A DNA stretch of 64,000 nt from Candidatus Woesebacteria bacterium RIFCSPLOWO2_01_FULL_39_61 (GTDB lineage: Bacteria > Patescibacteriota > Microgenomatia > UBA8517), in contig MGHI01000040.1 of the NCBI GenBank assembly GCA_001793155.1, forward strand, positions 3,209 through 67,208, written 5' to 3'. The translations under genes and the position numbers were made by a program. A model generated the notes under the pieces. That model was not told the origin of the DNA and did no database searches. It was given only the letters and a program-made list of their open reading frames with translations. The first letter of the stretch is position 1. Every line of letters starts with the position of its first letter. Shown piece by piece: positions 7,847 through 17,717 of this stretch.

Positions 7847-9865
7847 ATGAACCACCTCCAACCAATCTCAGGAACTCCTCTTATCCCCCCTTTTTTCGTA
7901 ACCATCTATTTCGCCATTTTTATCGGTATACTTCTTATTACCTATCTTTTTATTCATCTTAAGGCCCGCGATCTTCATATCAGCCATAAACTCAAGAAGT
8001 TAGCCATCTTTGCAACGGTAATAAAAATTCTTGTTATTATCGGAGTTATCCTTGTTGCGACTTACTGGCTCTATCCGGCACCCGCCCCCAGAAAAGTGAT
8101 GCCTCTCAATAACTCTATTCAGGTTCCCCTTAATAATCCCGTAGAAATAGAGTTCGACCGCCCCGTAAATAGACAAGTGATGGAAAAATCAATCTTTCCA
8201 GATACTCCGGGAGTGTGGGTATTTGAAAAACCACTCTATGCCACTCATTTATACCGCAAACTTACTTTCTACCCCCACCAAAGTTTAGAACCCGGAACTG
8301 TCTATAAAATCACACTTTTCAATGTCCAAAACACCAGTAAAATTTCGGACTCCCGCGCTTACAGTCTTACTTTCACCACCCAAAATACTCCTAACGTAAC
8401 CTCAGTAATCCCAAGATCTGATTCGTCGGATATTCCAGTTACTTCTCAGGTAACCATAAATCTTTCAGAAGGAAATGACAGGGTCAGCGATTTTGAGTTC
8501 TCGCTTAATCCGGAAATTTCGTTCAGAACTCAATTAAGTCAAGACAAACATTCTTATCTTCTAATTCCTTTAGAAAATTTCAGTCAGGGTACTACTTATA
8601 CCCTAACTATCCGTAAAACCGATCTTTTTTGGAATCTTGACGAAGACGAAATAATCCACAGGAGTCCGACTACCGAGGAATATAGCGGTACGTTCACCAC
8701 CAAAGAACCTCCGGGAATCGAAGAATTCGCTCCGCCAGATACAAACGCCCCCGTTGACAGCACAATTAAAATCAGATTTACCCAAGCTATGGATCAAAAT
8801 TCCGTAAAAGAAGGTCTGCAGATTGCGCCCGATCCAGGAGGAAAACTTCTGTGGGAGGACGATAAAACCCTAATTATTAAACCTACTAGACTTGAATATG
8901 AGAAAAAGTACACGGTTTTTCTTGCACAGGGAATAAAAGATAAGGAGGGTGGATATCTCATGGAAAAAGTAACTAAAGCGTTCACAACAATAGGATATGT
9001 AAAACCGACTAATTTTTCTCCGTCATCAGGCTGGGAAGGAGTCGGAATCGGAAATCCGATAAAAGTAACTTTTGACCAGGAAGTAAATAAATCTTCCGCT
9101 CAAGAAAAGTTTTCAATAACTCCATACATTAGCGGCGATTTCAGCTGGGAGGGTAATACCCTGATCTTTCAACCCAAAGATAATCTCCCTTTTTCAACTC
9201 AAGTTACCATTAAAATCGGAGGAGGAATAAAAAGCATATATGGACTCGACTCCATACAAGCATTCACAAGTTCCTTTAAGACTCAAAGCCAGGTTTTTAA
9301 ACTCTCGGTTCCGGCATTTCTTCAAAAGCATCCTCTCTCCTGCGAAGTTTCGGCACTTCGAATGACATTGGCTTATAGAGGTATCCAAAAAACAGAAGAG
9401 GAACTTCTAAGTAAAGTTGGTTTTGATCCCACAGAACATATTGGAAACGTCTGGGGAAATCCCTACGAGCGATTTGTCGGCAATGTTGACGGACGGCAAA
9501 TGACGACTGGTTACGGAGTCTACTGGGGTCCTATTGCGCGGGTTGCCAAAGAGTTTACAAATTCTCAATCTTTCGAGGGCTGGGGAGTCAAAGAAGTAAC
9601 CCAAGCCGTTATCCAGGGCAATCCGGTAATTATTTGGGTATTTAGCCGCGGCGGCGTTCCGACCTCTTGGTATACCCCCGGGGGTCAAAAAATCTATGCC
9701 GTAAGCGGAGAACATTCGGTTGTAGTTGTTGGTTTTGTCGGCCCCGCAGAGGACCCGACTCAAATAATAGTCAACGACCCTCTGGTGGGTCAAATTTACT
9801 GGACACGCTCAGTCTTTGACAAAAAATGGTCCGTCTTCAATAGAAGTGGAGTGGTTATCTATTAA
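7847..9865 (+). CDS. Membrane-anchored protein with Ig-like (SbsA/Big-type) repeats and a C-terminal C39-like (YvpB-type) peptidase domain
   Basis: 672-aa ORF. N-terminal TM segments. Central repeated ~90-aa beta-rich modules ending in T.F.T/ I.F..AMD motifs. C-terminal HPLSCEVSALRMTLAYRG...GEHSVVVVG matches the Cys/His arrangement of C39-like peptidases. Confidence 0.6.
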   Translation: MNHLQPISGTPLIPPFFVTIYFAIFIGILLITYLFIHLKARDLHISHKLKKLAIFATVIKILVIIGVILVATYWLYPAPAPRKVMPLNNSIQVPLNNPVEIEFDRPVNRQVMEKSIFPDTPGVWVFEKPLYATHLYRKLTFYPHQSLEPGTVYKITLFNVQNTSKISDSRAYSLTFTTQNTPNVTSVIPRSDSSDIPVTSQVTINLSEGNDRVSDFEFSLNPEISFRTQLSQDKHSYLLIPLENFSQGTTYTLTIRKTDLFWNLDEDEIIHRSPTTEEYSGTFTTKEPPGIEEFAPPDTNAPVDSTIKIRFTQAMDQNSVKEGLQIAPDPGGKLLWEDDKTLIIKPTRLEYEKKYTVFLAQGIKDKEGGYLMEKVTKAFTTIGYVKPTNFSPSSGWEGVGIGNPIKVTFDQEVNKSSAQEKFSITPYISGDFSWEGNTLIFQPKDNLPFSTQVTIKIGGGIKSIYGLDSIQAFTSSFKTQSQVFKLSVPAFLQKHPLSCEVSALRMTLAYRGIQKTEEELLSKVGFDPTEHIGNVWGNPYERFVGNVDGRQMTTGYGVYWGPIARVAKEFTNSQSFEGWGVKEVTQAVIQGNPVIIWVFSRGGVPTSWYTPGGQKIYAVSGEHSVVVVGFVGPAEDPTQIIVNDPLVGQIYWTRSVFDKKWSVFNRSGVVIY

Positions 9866-9924
9866 AATTGACCTACTTTGATCTCTTGACATGAAAAAAT
9901 AGAAATAATTACTATGGTTATAGT

Positions 9925-10875
9925 ATGGATAAATTTAAAAAACTCATAGTTATCCTACTCTTCACAACTCTGGTTTCATCCGTCTTTACACTACTCTTCA
10001 AATCTCCAACTCCAGTTAAATCTCTTACGAATACTGTTGTCATAAACGAAGTGGCCTGGGCGGGTACCGAAGCGTCGGACGCTGATGAGTGGATCGAGCT
10101 TTTTAATGCAACCGGTTCTGATGTAGATTTGACCGGCTGGTCATTAAATGCCACTGATGGCGTCCCAGCCATCGCCTTAAACGGTACAATTCCGGCAAAC
10201 GGGTTTTTCTTGTTGGAAAGAACTGATGACACAACTATTAAAGACATTACAGCCAACCAATTTTTTACAGGAGCGTTGGGTAACGACGGAGAAAGTTTGG
10301 AATTAAGAAACACAAGTAGCGAATTAGTAGATTCAGCTAATGCTGACGGAGGAGCCTGGCCGGCCGGCAGTAGTAGTCCTGCCAAAACTATGGAAAGAAT
10401 AAATCCTTTGCTTGCCGACAGCGACGACAACTGGGCAACCAATGACGGAGCGACAATTAACGGAACCGACTCGGCTGATGGTACAATATTAGGTACCCCT
10501 AAGGCAGCAAATAGTGTACTTAACTTAAGTATAACTCCAACCGAGGGAGTAACCCCCACCCAAGAACCGACTCCTATTCCGACTACTGAGCCAACAGCTG
10601 AACCCACCGTGGTTCCCACCGAAGAGCCAACACCTATTCCGACCGAGGAACCCACACCGATACCAACAGCGGAGCCAACAGCTGAACCAACCGCAATCCC
10701 AACGGGTGAACCATCACCGACATTAACCCCCGTTCCCTCCCCCCAGCCTACTCCTCAGGGAATGGTTATTGGAGTATTGGGATTTGGAACAAATAGAACA
10801 ACATGCAGATTAAGTTTCCGCTTGGCAAGCTTCGGCTTTTTAAGATTCTTCTTGCCACGAATCTCCTGTTCATAA
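9925..10875 (+). CDS. Lamin-tail-domain (LTD) secreted protein with Pro/Thr-rich linker repeats
   Basis: Signal peptide. INEVAWAGTEASDADEWIELFNATGSDVDLTGWSL...GTIPANGFFLL is the LTD signature. Followed by a (T/E)EPTPIPT repeat tract. The C-terminal 40 aa are of doubtful reality. Confidence 0.65.
   Translation: MDKFKKLIVILLFTTLVSSVFTLLFKSPTPVKSLTNTVVINEVAWAGTEASDADEWIELFNATGSDVDLTGWSLNATDGVPAIALNGTIPANGFFLLERTDDTTIKDITANQFFTGALGNDGESLELRNTSSELVDSANADGGAWPAGSSSPAKTMERINPLLADSDDNWATNDGATINGTDSADGTILGTPKAANSVLNLSITPTEGVTPTQEPTPIPTTEPTAEPTVVPTEEPTPIPTEEPTPIPTAEPTAEPTAIPTGEPSPTLTPVPSPQPTPQGMVIGVLGFGTNRTTCRLSFRLASFGFLRFFLPRISCS
10543..10740 (+). repeat. Tandem ~21-24 nt repeats encoding (E/A)EPTPIPT linker
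   Basis: Repeated gaaccnacnccnataccnac units inside the LTD gene. Confidence 0.6.
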
Positions 10876-10907
10876 GACGCTAACTTCAGAATCTGTCCCG
10901 ACTTCTT

Positions 10908-11459
10908 CTATTCTTTTTTTACCAGTTTGCTGAAATCTTTATAAAGTTTTTGAATTTTTGGATCAATCACTAATTTACAATAGAATGCGCCCCTGCTTTT
11001 TTCGTAATAGTCTTTATGAACTTTCTCGGCAGGATAAAAAGAGGTAAAAGGAAGTACTTCCGTTACTATTTTTTGGTTAAACTCTTTTGACTTCTCCAAT
11101 TTACCGACAAAATCGATCGCCAGTTTTTTTTGCTTTTCACCATGATAAAAAATAACCGATCGGTACTGGCTACCCACATCGGCTCCCTGCCGGTTTAAAG
11201 TCGTAGGATCATGAGTAGCGAAAAAAACTTCCAGGAGCTTTGAGAAGGAAATTGCCAGGGGGTCAAACTCGATTTGTATCGCCTCCGCATGACCGGTTAC
11301 TCCGGCAGCCACCTGTTCATAAGAGGGATTTTCCATTTTTCCTCCGGAGTAACCCGGAGTTACACTCCCTACCCCCCTTAGCCTTCTGAAAATTGCCTCT
11401 GTACACCAAAAACATCCTCCCGCAAAGGTTGCTATATCTAATTTTTTATCTTTCATCAC
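10908..11459 (-). CDS. msrA: Peptide-methionine (S)-S-oxide reductase MsrA
   Basis: 183-aa ORF with GCFWCTEAIF active-site motif and full-length MsrA pattern. Confidence 0.9.
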   Translation of the reverse strand: MMKDKKLDIATFAGGCFWCTEAIFRRLRGVGSVTPGYSGGKMENPSYEQVAAGVTGHAEAIQIEFDPLAISFSKLLEVFFATHDPTTLNRQGADVGSQYRSVIFYHGEKQKKLAIDFVGKLEKSKEFNQKIVTEVLPFTSFYPAEKVHKDYYEKSRGAFYCKLVIDPKIQKLYKDFSKLVKKE

Positions 11460-11584
11460 CTAAGTTTACCAAAATTCGGGACCAACATCCCAAACCCTAG
11501 AGAGGAACTTTTTTTAACTATGGTAGAACACAACAAAAACACTTCCTAGAAGTTATTAAACTTTTTACCATATAGGGTAACTTT

Positions 11585-12154
11585 TTAGCTTTCGCTACCC
11601 TTCAAGACTTTTTCGACAACGTCGTGCGGTAGTGATGCCGCAGACATCAAAGCGGCTCGCACTGTTTTACCAACCTCCCCGCCAACCTCATCAGCTGCCT
11701 TTACAACTCCAAGTACCGCTTCTCTTGCAGCATCCCCGGTGGAAACCCCGACAGATCCGGCAGCTTCAATCGCTCCTTCAACCGCCGAGACAGCGACTTC
11801 GCCCAAATCTCCACCCAGTTCTGCCGCTCCGGAAACTGCACCTTGAGCCGCTTTTTGGGCCGCAGAAAGAACGTCTCCCCCCAACTCAGAAACACCAGAG
11901 ACTGCAGAGCTGACCGCACCTTTAGCTGCTCCAACTACTGAAGTTCCAACATCGCTTGCCGCCGAAACGCTTCCGGAGACAATGTCGGCCAAGGTATCCA
12001 TACCAGTGGTTGCCATATCGGAAACATCTTTCAGAGAACCGACTACTTGATTCTTAACGGCTCCCCGCAGTGAAGAAAGTACGTCGTCCGCCCCTTTAAC
12101 TGTCGATACAATTGTGCTACTGACTTCCTTTGCAAAATTAGATAACATTCCCAT
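11585..12154 (-). CDS. Ala/Gly/Val/Ser-rich low-complexity repeat protein (amphipathic-helix repeats), function unknown
   Basis: 189-aa ORF with strong RBS (GAAAGGGGGTGAACA-ATG). Imperfect ~11-residue repeats (AVSGVSELGGDVLSAAQKAAQGAVSGAAELGGDLG). Local GC far above the window average. Confidence 0.5.
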   Translation of the reverse strand: MGMLSNFAKEVSSTIVSTVKGADDVLSSLRGAVKNQVVGSLKDVSDMATTGMDTLADIVSGSVSAASDVGTSVVGAAKGAVSSAVSGVSELGGDVLSAAQKAAQGAVSGAAELGGDLGEVAVSAVEGAIEAAGSVGVSTGDAAREAVLGVVKAADEVGGEVGKTVRAALMSAASLPHDVVEKVLKGSES

Positions 12155-12232
12155 TGTTCACCCCCTTTCACTTTTCAACACTTTAAGTTTAACAAAGACA
12201 AAACCCGGTGTACATCACAAATAGATGTATCG

Positions 12233-12261
12233 TTGCACAATTCAAACTTTTACCCTATAAT
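12233..12261 (+). promoter_or_regulatory. Sigma70-type promoter TTGCAC-N17-TATAAT
   Basis: TTGCAC at 12233-12238, 17-nt spacer, TATAAT at 12256-12261. RBS AAAAGGAGAG precedes the ATG at 12343. Confidence 0.5.
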
Positions 12262-12342
12262 AGCGATGTTCTTTAACAGGCGTCAGAAGCAATAAAAGCC
12301 ATAAAAAAATCCATCAGACAAAAGCAAAAAGGAGAGTGTTTC

Positions 12343-12825
12343 ATGATCACAGTAAGCAGAATCTCGATGTTTGGCCGTATCTACTTGTATTGGGAGCGTA
12401 TGACCGGGGGAAACCCCTACTGGTACCAGGAAAACCTGTGCCATTTTGTAAGGGTCCTCATTTTCTGGACACCACTAGCCTGGTTTACCAAACACCGTCT
12501 TTTCAAGACGGACATAAAACCTTGGATGGTTGTCTCCGCTCTTTTGTTTGCTGCCACCCTAATTCTTTCCCGGGATTTCCGCCTTACCGTTGCGGTCATC
12601 ATTGGAGTGCTACTGGCCATTTTAGGCACAGTAGCAATCGTGTATATAATTGATAAGATATACAACGGAAGCCCAAGACTGCAAAGGCTCGGTCGCTTTC
12701 TCGAAGAGGCTTGGTTCTGGTTCTGGGAGAAAAGATTTGCTCCATTTATTTATCCCTGGACCCTAACTTTAGCCCTTCTCAACGTTTCACTGCAGTTTGG
12801 CTACCTCTTTGGTTCAAGGTTTTAG
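12343..12825 (+). CDS. Hypothetical membrane protein
   Basis: 160-aa ORF with several hydrophobic helices. Overlaps the next ORF in another frame. Confidence 0.45.
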   Translation: MITVSRISMFGRIYLYWERMTGGNPYWYQENLCHFVRVLIFWTPLAWFTKHRLFKTDIKPWMVVSALLFAATLILSRDFRLTVAVIIGVLLAILGTVAIVYIIDKIYNGSPRLQRLGRFLEEAWFWFWEKRFAPFIYPWTLTLALLNVSLQFGYLFGSRF

Positions 12826-13073
12826 CGCTAGTTGAACTCAGTTTTTTGGTCGCGGTCGTTATTGTCGTAGCTATAGCTGGTGTACTGGCACTCTGGGAAC
12901 GCATACGACCGCCAAGAAGATATCAAGTACGGAAAGAGCGTCTTCACATCGAGGACACCAAACTCTACGACAGCCTGGACGTTGCCTGGAAATACGTCAA
13001 AGCCATAAAGCTGCGCATTTGTCCCTTCATCAAAATTGTTGACGACGAAGAGAATGAGGAAGATAAAGATTAG
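12711..13073 (+). CDS. Hypothetical membrane protein (possibly the frameshifted continuation of 12343..12825)
   Basis: 120-aa ORF overlapping the previous ORF by 115 nt in a different frame. Its downstream two-thirds (TM helix plus acidic tail DDEENEEDKD) look protein-like, while the first ~25 codons do not. Confidence 0.35.
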   Translation: MVLVLGEKICSIYLSLDPNFSPSQRFTAVWLPLWFKVLALVELSFLVAVVIVVAIAGVLALWERIRPPRRYQVRKERLHIEDTKLYDSLDVAWKYVKAIKLRICPFIKIVDDEENEEDKD

Positions 13074-13080
13074 CTGACCG

Positions 13081-13170
13081 CCTGTAGGAGATTGACACAA
13101 GCTGTTGGGGAAACCAACAATGAACAATGAACTAAAAGTTCAAACATTCGTTGCAAAATTCCCCAACAGC
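13081..13170. terminator. Long nested palindromic hairpin in convergent intergenic region (putative bidirectional terminator)
   Basis: AGCTGTTGGGGAA ... TTCCCCAACAGCT 13-bp perfect arms. They enclose an inner TGAAC-TAAAA-GTTCA hairpin. Further hairpins CCCGCTAAGCGGG and GCCGAGTCTGATTCGGC follow before the rpoD stop. Confidence 0.4.
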
Positions 13171-13245
13171 TAACTATTACTCGAGATAGTCCTGAAGTTT
13201 TCCCGCTAAGCGGGACTGCGCCGAGTCTGATTCGGCTTGTTTTCT

Positions 13246-14325
13246 TCACTCAAGGTAGTCCTGCAACTTCTTTCTTCTGCTAGGGTGTTTCAGTTTTCTT
13301 AAAGCCTTTGCTTCTATTTGACGAATCCTTTCGCGGGTTACTCCGAATACCTTTCCGACTTCTTCCAGGGTCATTTGTTTATTTCCCTCCAATCCGAATC
13401 GAAGCTTTAGAACCCTCGCCTCCCGATCAGAGAGAGTAGAAAGTACCTCGTCTAAATGATCCTTGAGGAGTTGTTTCGAAGCTGCGTCAACGGGAGAAAG
13501 CTGGCTCTCATCGGGAATAAAATCTCCCAGAAAACTTTCCTGATCCTCTCCGACCGGAGCCTCAAGGCTAGTTACCTCCTGGGCAATTTTAAATATCTCG
13601 CGGACCCTGTCCGCATCAATTTCCGCCTCTTCGGCAATCTCCTCCGCAGTTGGTTCACGACCCAACTCCTGCATAAGACGGCGGCTGATTCTATACAACT
13701 TATTAATAGTTTCAACCATGTGGACAGGAATCCGAATTGTCCTTGCCTGATCGGCAATGGCTCTGGTTATGGCTTGGCGTATCCACCAGGTTGCATAGGT
13801 CGAAAACTTATAACCCTTACGCCAGTCGTATTTCTCAACCGCTCTAATTAATCCCTGATTACCCTCTTGGATAAGATCAAGAAGAGATAGTCCACGACCG
13901 ATATACTTTTTAGCGATTGAGACAACCAACCTAAGATTGGACTCCGTTAATTTATCCTTGGCTGCTTTTTCAGCTTTTTCATAGCGCTTGGCAAGTTCAA
14001 CCTCTTCTTCAGCAACCAGAAGCGGTACTTTACCAATCTCCCGTAAATATTGCCTGACCGGATCAGTTGACTCCGCCCCCCCAAGCTTGGATAATATTTC
14101 AATCTCCCGCTCGAGTTTTTCTTTGGCCTTTTCGTCCGAATCGATTTCCTCTGTTTCCACCGATTCAAATACGTCGATTCCCTCGGCCAGCAACTTATCG
14201 TAAAGCTCGTCTAACTCTTCTAACCTATCTTCGGCGTCGGGAAATACAACTAAAATATCATCCTGAGTCAGGAATCCCTGCTCTCTTCCTCTTTTTATTA
14301 AACCCACAACGTCTTTTCTTTTCAT
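13246..14325 (-). CDS. rpoD: RNA polymerase sigma factor RpoD (sigma-70)
   Basis: 359-aa ORF with regions 1.2, 2 (...[34 protein letters not shown]), 3 and 4 ([25 protein letters not shown]). Confidence 0.92.
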   Translation of the reverse strand: MKRKDVVGLIKRGREQGFLTQDDILVVFPDAEDRLEELDELYDKLLAEGIDVFESVETEEIDSDEKAKEKLEREIEILSKLGGAESTDPVRQYLREIGKVPLLVAEEEVELAKRYEKAEKAAKDKLTESNLRLVVSIAKKYIGRGLSLLDLIQEGNQGLIRAVEKYDWRKGYKFSTYATWWIRQAITRAIADQARTIRIPVHMVETINKLYRISRRLMQELGREPTAEEIAEEAEIDADRVREIFKIAQEVTSLEAPVGEDQESFLGDFIPDESQLSPVDAASKQLLKDHLDEVLSTLSDREARVLKLRFGLEGNKQMTLEEVGKVFGVTRERIRQIEAKALRKLKHPSRRKKLQDYLE

Positions 14326-14524
14326 ATAGTCATATTAAAACAAAAAGTTAATTTTGACATTTTGTTTGGCAAGCATAGAATTCCTATATACCAAACTCAA
14401 TAATATATGTCATTTTGTTTTGAGTTTGCTATATCTGATTATTTCGCTTTTTTGAATACCCGGGCCTTGCTCGGCAAATTTCCTCTTGACGTATTATAAC
14501 TTTTTGACTGCCAATTCGCACAAC

Positions 14525-16324
14525 TTAGTGTTTTTTAGTATCTAAATCCGGGTTTTCAAGATCATGTAGCTTATTGGTTAAAATATTGTACTTTTCTTGA
14601 GTTTTTAACAATTTCCCCGTTTCCTTTTTAAGTTCCAGGTCTTTTATCTTTAAAGCTGACTTTTTCAATTCTTCCTTAATTTGAACGCTTTGAAGCTGTC
14701 TAACGATAAGTTCTATCTCTTTTTCGTAAGTTTCGGGTTTATCGGCCAAGCCCCTAATGTCCTTCAATACCATATCCGTAAATCCGCTTACCAACTCGTC
14801 GGGGAGCTTGCTTGCAAATATTGACGGATCAAATTCCTTGTTTTTATCCATAAAGAGGGTAAACTCGTCGAGTATTTTTCTGGTTAGCGGGGTTTTAACC
14901 AAAGCTTGGGTCTGACGATTAAGAAGAACTTTGGGATCATAACGAAAGGCTACACTCATAAGACGGTCTTCCAAAAGCTCTCTTCTTCCTTTCTTCTCTT
15001 CACTGGGAATTATTACAACATTAGAAGCTTCTTTATTATCTTCCGTGGGTTTTCTGAAAGATATCTGTTCTGCCACGGCCTCGGGATTTACGCCCAAACG
15101 CCTGGCCACCTCCTGAATATAGTAAGACTGAACAATCTTGTCTGATATACGGGAAAGAATAGGAACGACCTCTCTGCTTATTTTCGCCTTGGCAATTCCG
15201 GTTTTGTCGGTGTTTTTGGCAAAGATGAGATCAATAACAAAATCCCAAACTCCTACTGCGTTCTGCACTGCTTTCTTAAGATAGTCGGGGTTCTGTCTAG
15301 CTGCTTCGTCCGGATCTTTATACTTACCGAGCCTTACCACTCGCATATCAAACCCTTGCCTTTCTGCAATTTCTATACCACGCTTGGCAGCCGAATCACC
15401 GGCAACGTCGGCATCAAGTGCTAAAATTATTTCGTTGGCAAAACGGGATAAAAGTCCCACCTGATCTTCGGTTAGAGCCGAACCCTTGATTGCGACTACA
15501 TTTTTAATACCCGCTTGCCAGCTCGATATCATATCCAACTCCCCCTCAACGACAACTACCGAACCGCTCTTTTTAATATCTTTTTTGGTCGATTCAAGTC
15601 CGTAAAGAATCTTGGATTTGTGATATATATCAGTCTCCGGAGTGTTTATATACTTAGCCAGGTTTAGTTTTTCCTTATCGGGCAAAATTCTACCGGCAAA
15701 ACCTACCACATTACTCCTGTGATCTGATAAAGGAAAGATAACCCTACCACGGAAGCGGTCATATGTCTTTCCGTCTTTAGTATAGATAAGGCCCGCCGAT
15801 TCGAGATCTTTTTGAATAAATTTCTTTTTCTCGATTAAATATTTCCTTATGGCAAACGGTTCGTCAGGAGAATAACCCAACTTAAATGTCCTGATGGTTG
15901 ATATCTTCAATCCACGCCTTAGGAGATAGTCAAGCGCCTTTTTTCCGACTCTGTGACTGGTTAGAACATAATGATAAAAAGCGGTTGTCAAAGAATTCAC
16001 TCGGTAAAGTTTGTCCTTAACCCCCTGCTGACCGGATTGCAAAGGCTTAAGCTGCACCCCGGCACGGTCGGCCAAGAATTTCAGAGCTTCGTAAAAATCC
16101 ATTCCTTCATACTTCTCCAAAAAAGAAATTGCGTCTCCTGATTCTCCGCAGCCAAAACACTTAAAATGCTGAATTTCGGGCGAAACCACAAATGACGGTG
16201 TTTTCTCGCTATGAAAAGGGCACAAGGCTTTGAAGTTCTTTCCGGCCTTCTTTAAGGTAATATAATCCGAAATCACCGAAACAATATCGGATTTTGCTTT
16301 TATTTCATCTACTTGATCACTCAT
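14525..16324 (-). CDS. dnaG: DNA primase DnaG
   Basis: 599-aa ORF with zinc-finger CPFHSEKTPSF...CFGCG, TOPRIM region (VVVEGELD..., ILALDADVAGD). Sits immediately upstream of rpoD, the classic dnaG-rpoD arrangement. Confidence 0.9.
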   Translation of the reverse strand: MSDQVDEIKAKSDIVSVISDYITLKKAGKNFKALCPFHSEKTPSFVVSPEIQHFKCFGCGESGDAISFLEKYEGMDFYEALKFLADRAGVQLKPLQSGQQGVKDKLYRVNSLTTAFYHYVLTSHRVGKKALDYLLRRGLKISTIRTFKLGYSPDEPFAIRKYLIEKKKFIQKDLESAGLIYTKDGKTYDRFRGRVIFPLSDHRSNVVGFAGRILPDKEKLNLAKYINTPETDIYHKSKILYGLESTKKDIKKSGSVVVVEGELDMISSWQAGIKNVVAIKGSALTEDQVGLLSRFANEIILALDADVAGDSAAKRGIEIAERQGFDMRVVRLGKYKDPDEAARQNPDYLKKAVQNAVGVWDFVIDLIFAKNTDKTGIAKAKISREVVPILSRISDKIVQSYYIQEVARRLGVNPEAVAEQISFRKPTEDNKEASNVVIIPSEEKKGRRELLEDRLMSVAFRYDPKVLLNRQTQALVKTPLTRKILDEFTLFMDKNKEFDPSIFASKLPDELVSGFTDMVLKDIRGLADKPETYEKEIELIVRQLQSVQIKEELKKSALKIKDLELKKETGKLLKTQEKYNILTNKLHDLENPDLDTKKH

Positions 16325-16391
16325 TTACCCTGATTATATCTCACTCTTTAATTTTATATAATTAAGTTCAACTTTACTTTTATAAACAAAA

Positions 16392-17717
16392 ATGAAAATA
16401 CTAAAATTAGCTTTTCTCCCAGTCACCACCCTGCTTATCTTTTTATATCTTTACGGAGCGATCCAACATTCTAACTTAATAAACATAAGAACACGTACGG
16501 GAGATCTTGATCACGGCGACCAAGGGGCGTATATAGAGGTAATTAAAAAAACCTATAACGAGAGCTTCAGATTTCTCGGCGATAGAAATAGAATGCCTCT
16601 TTATACTACTTTCCAAGCCATATTTTATACACCGGGCATAACCGATGAACGACTCTTCGCTCAAGCTAAGTTGATCAATATATTTTTTTCAATCTTTCTT
16701 ATCTACCTCATGTTTATCTTTAATCGAAGATACATTTCTAAACTAAGCAATATTGTATTTACACTGATTATTGGCTTTTCTGTCTTTTTGCCCCGGTCCG
16801 CCTATGTACAGCCCGAACTTCTTTACTTCACATTAAGTTTTTTTGCATTTGTGTATTTTTGTAAAACTATCAAACACAAAAAGGTTGCTGATGTTGTCTT
16901 CGCGGCAATCCTGGCTGTGGCGGCTTATATGACAAAGGCTTCGATGCTCCTGGGGTTTGGATTTTTTATCTTTTTTCTTTTTCTGTCCGGCTTAAAGGGA
17001 TACAGAATTAAGAGGATGTTGGCAATTCCGATAATCGCCTTAATAATTTTTTTATCGCTCGTATCTCCATACCTTATTCAAACCAAAAAACTTTATGGAG
17101 GTTATTTTTTCAATTACGCAACTACTTATATGTGGAGTCAGAACTGGGATGAGGCGTTAACCGTCGATAAAAAATTGCGAAATATTGAATACATAAGATC
17201 GCTGTCAAAAGATCAGCTACCGTCATTGGGCAGATACATTAAGGAACGCTCCGCCTCCGATATGAGCTTGCGTATGTTTACCGGCATCATTCTAAATATA
17301 GGTATACTTTTAGGAACGTACGCAACCCTTTCCTCCGCAATTCTTATTTTATACATTCTCTTTTTAATTTATTTTATTTTTTCCAGTATAAGGCTGGATA
17401 GCTTTCGAAGATTCTTAAATCAAAATAAGGCTGTAATAATTTTTATTTTAGGTTATCTTCTTTCATATTTCTTCGCGTTTTCCTGGTATGCTCCGATTGG
17501 TGCCGGCCCAAGGTTTACCTTTACCACTTATATACCCGCTCTTTTTTCTGTCCTTTATCTATCTGAAAAGCTTAGCATTAAGGGAGAAGTTTCAAAATTT
17601 AATCCTATTAGTACTCAACTTTTTTATTTAACTCATATAGCTTCATTTATCATCTTATTTTTGGGAGTAAAAGGCCTAATCTTTCCCTATCTTTTCACTT
17701 CATGGGCTGGGTTCTAG
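16392..17717 (+). CDS. Polytopic membrane protein, GT-C-like glycosyltransferase candidate
   Basis: 441 aa, >10 TM helices, PMT/ArnT-like architecture. Confidence 0.45.
   Translation: MKILKLAFLPVTTLLIFLYLYGAIQHSNLINIRTRTGDLDHGDQGAYIEVIKKTYNESFRFLGDRNRMPLYTTFQAIFYTPGITDERLFAQAKLINIFFSIFLIYLMFIFNRRYISKLSNIVFTLIIGFSVFLPRSAYVQPELLYFTLSFFAFVYFCKTIKHKKVADVVFAAILAVAAYMTKASMLLGFGFFIFFLFLSGLKGYRIKRMLAIPIIALIIFLSLVSPYLIQTKKLYGGYFFNYATTYMWSQNWDEALTVDKKLRNIEYIRSLSKDQLPSLGRYIKERSASDMSLRMFTGIILNIGILLGTYATLSSAILILYILFLIYFIFSSIRLDSFRRFLNQNKAVIIFILGYLLSYFFAFSWYAPIGAGPRFTFTTYIPALFSVLYLSEKLSIKGEVSKFNPISTQLFYLTHIASFIILFLGVKGLIFPYLFTSWAGF

Noticed and set aside
9918-10655. 245-aa minus-strand ORF rich in Gly/Val/Ser
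   Set aside because: Shadow ORF on the opposite strand of the LTD/PT-repeat gene. The plus-strand frame carries a clear lamin-tail-domain signature and a signal peptide, while the minus frame is low-complexity only.
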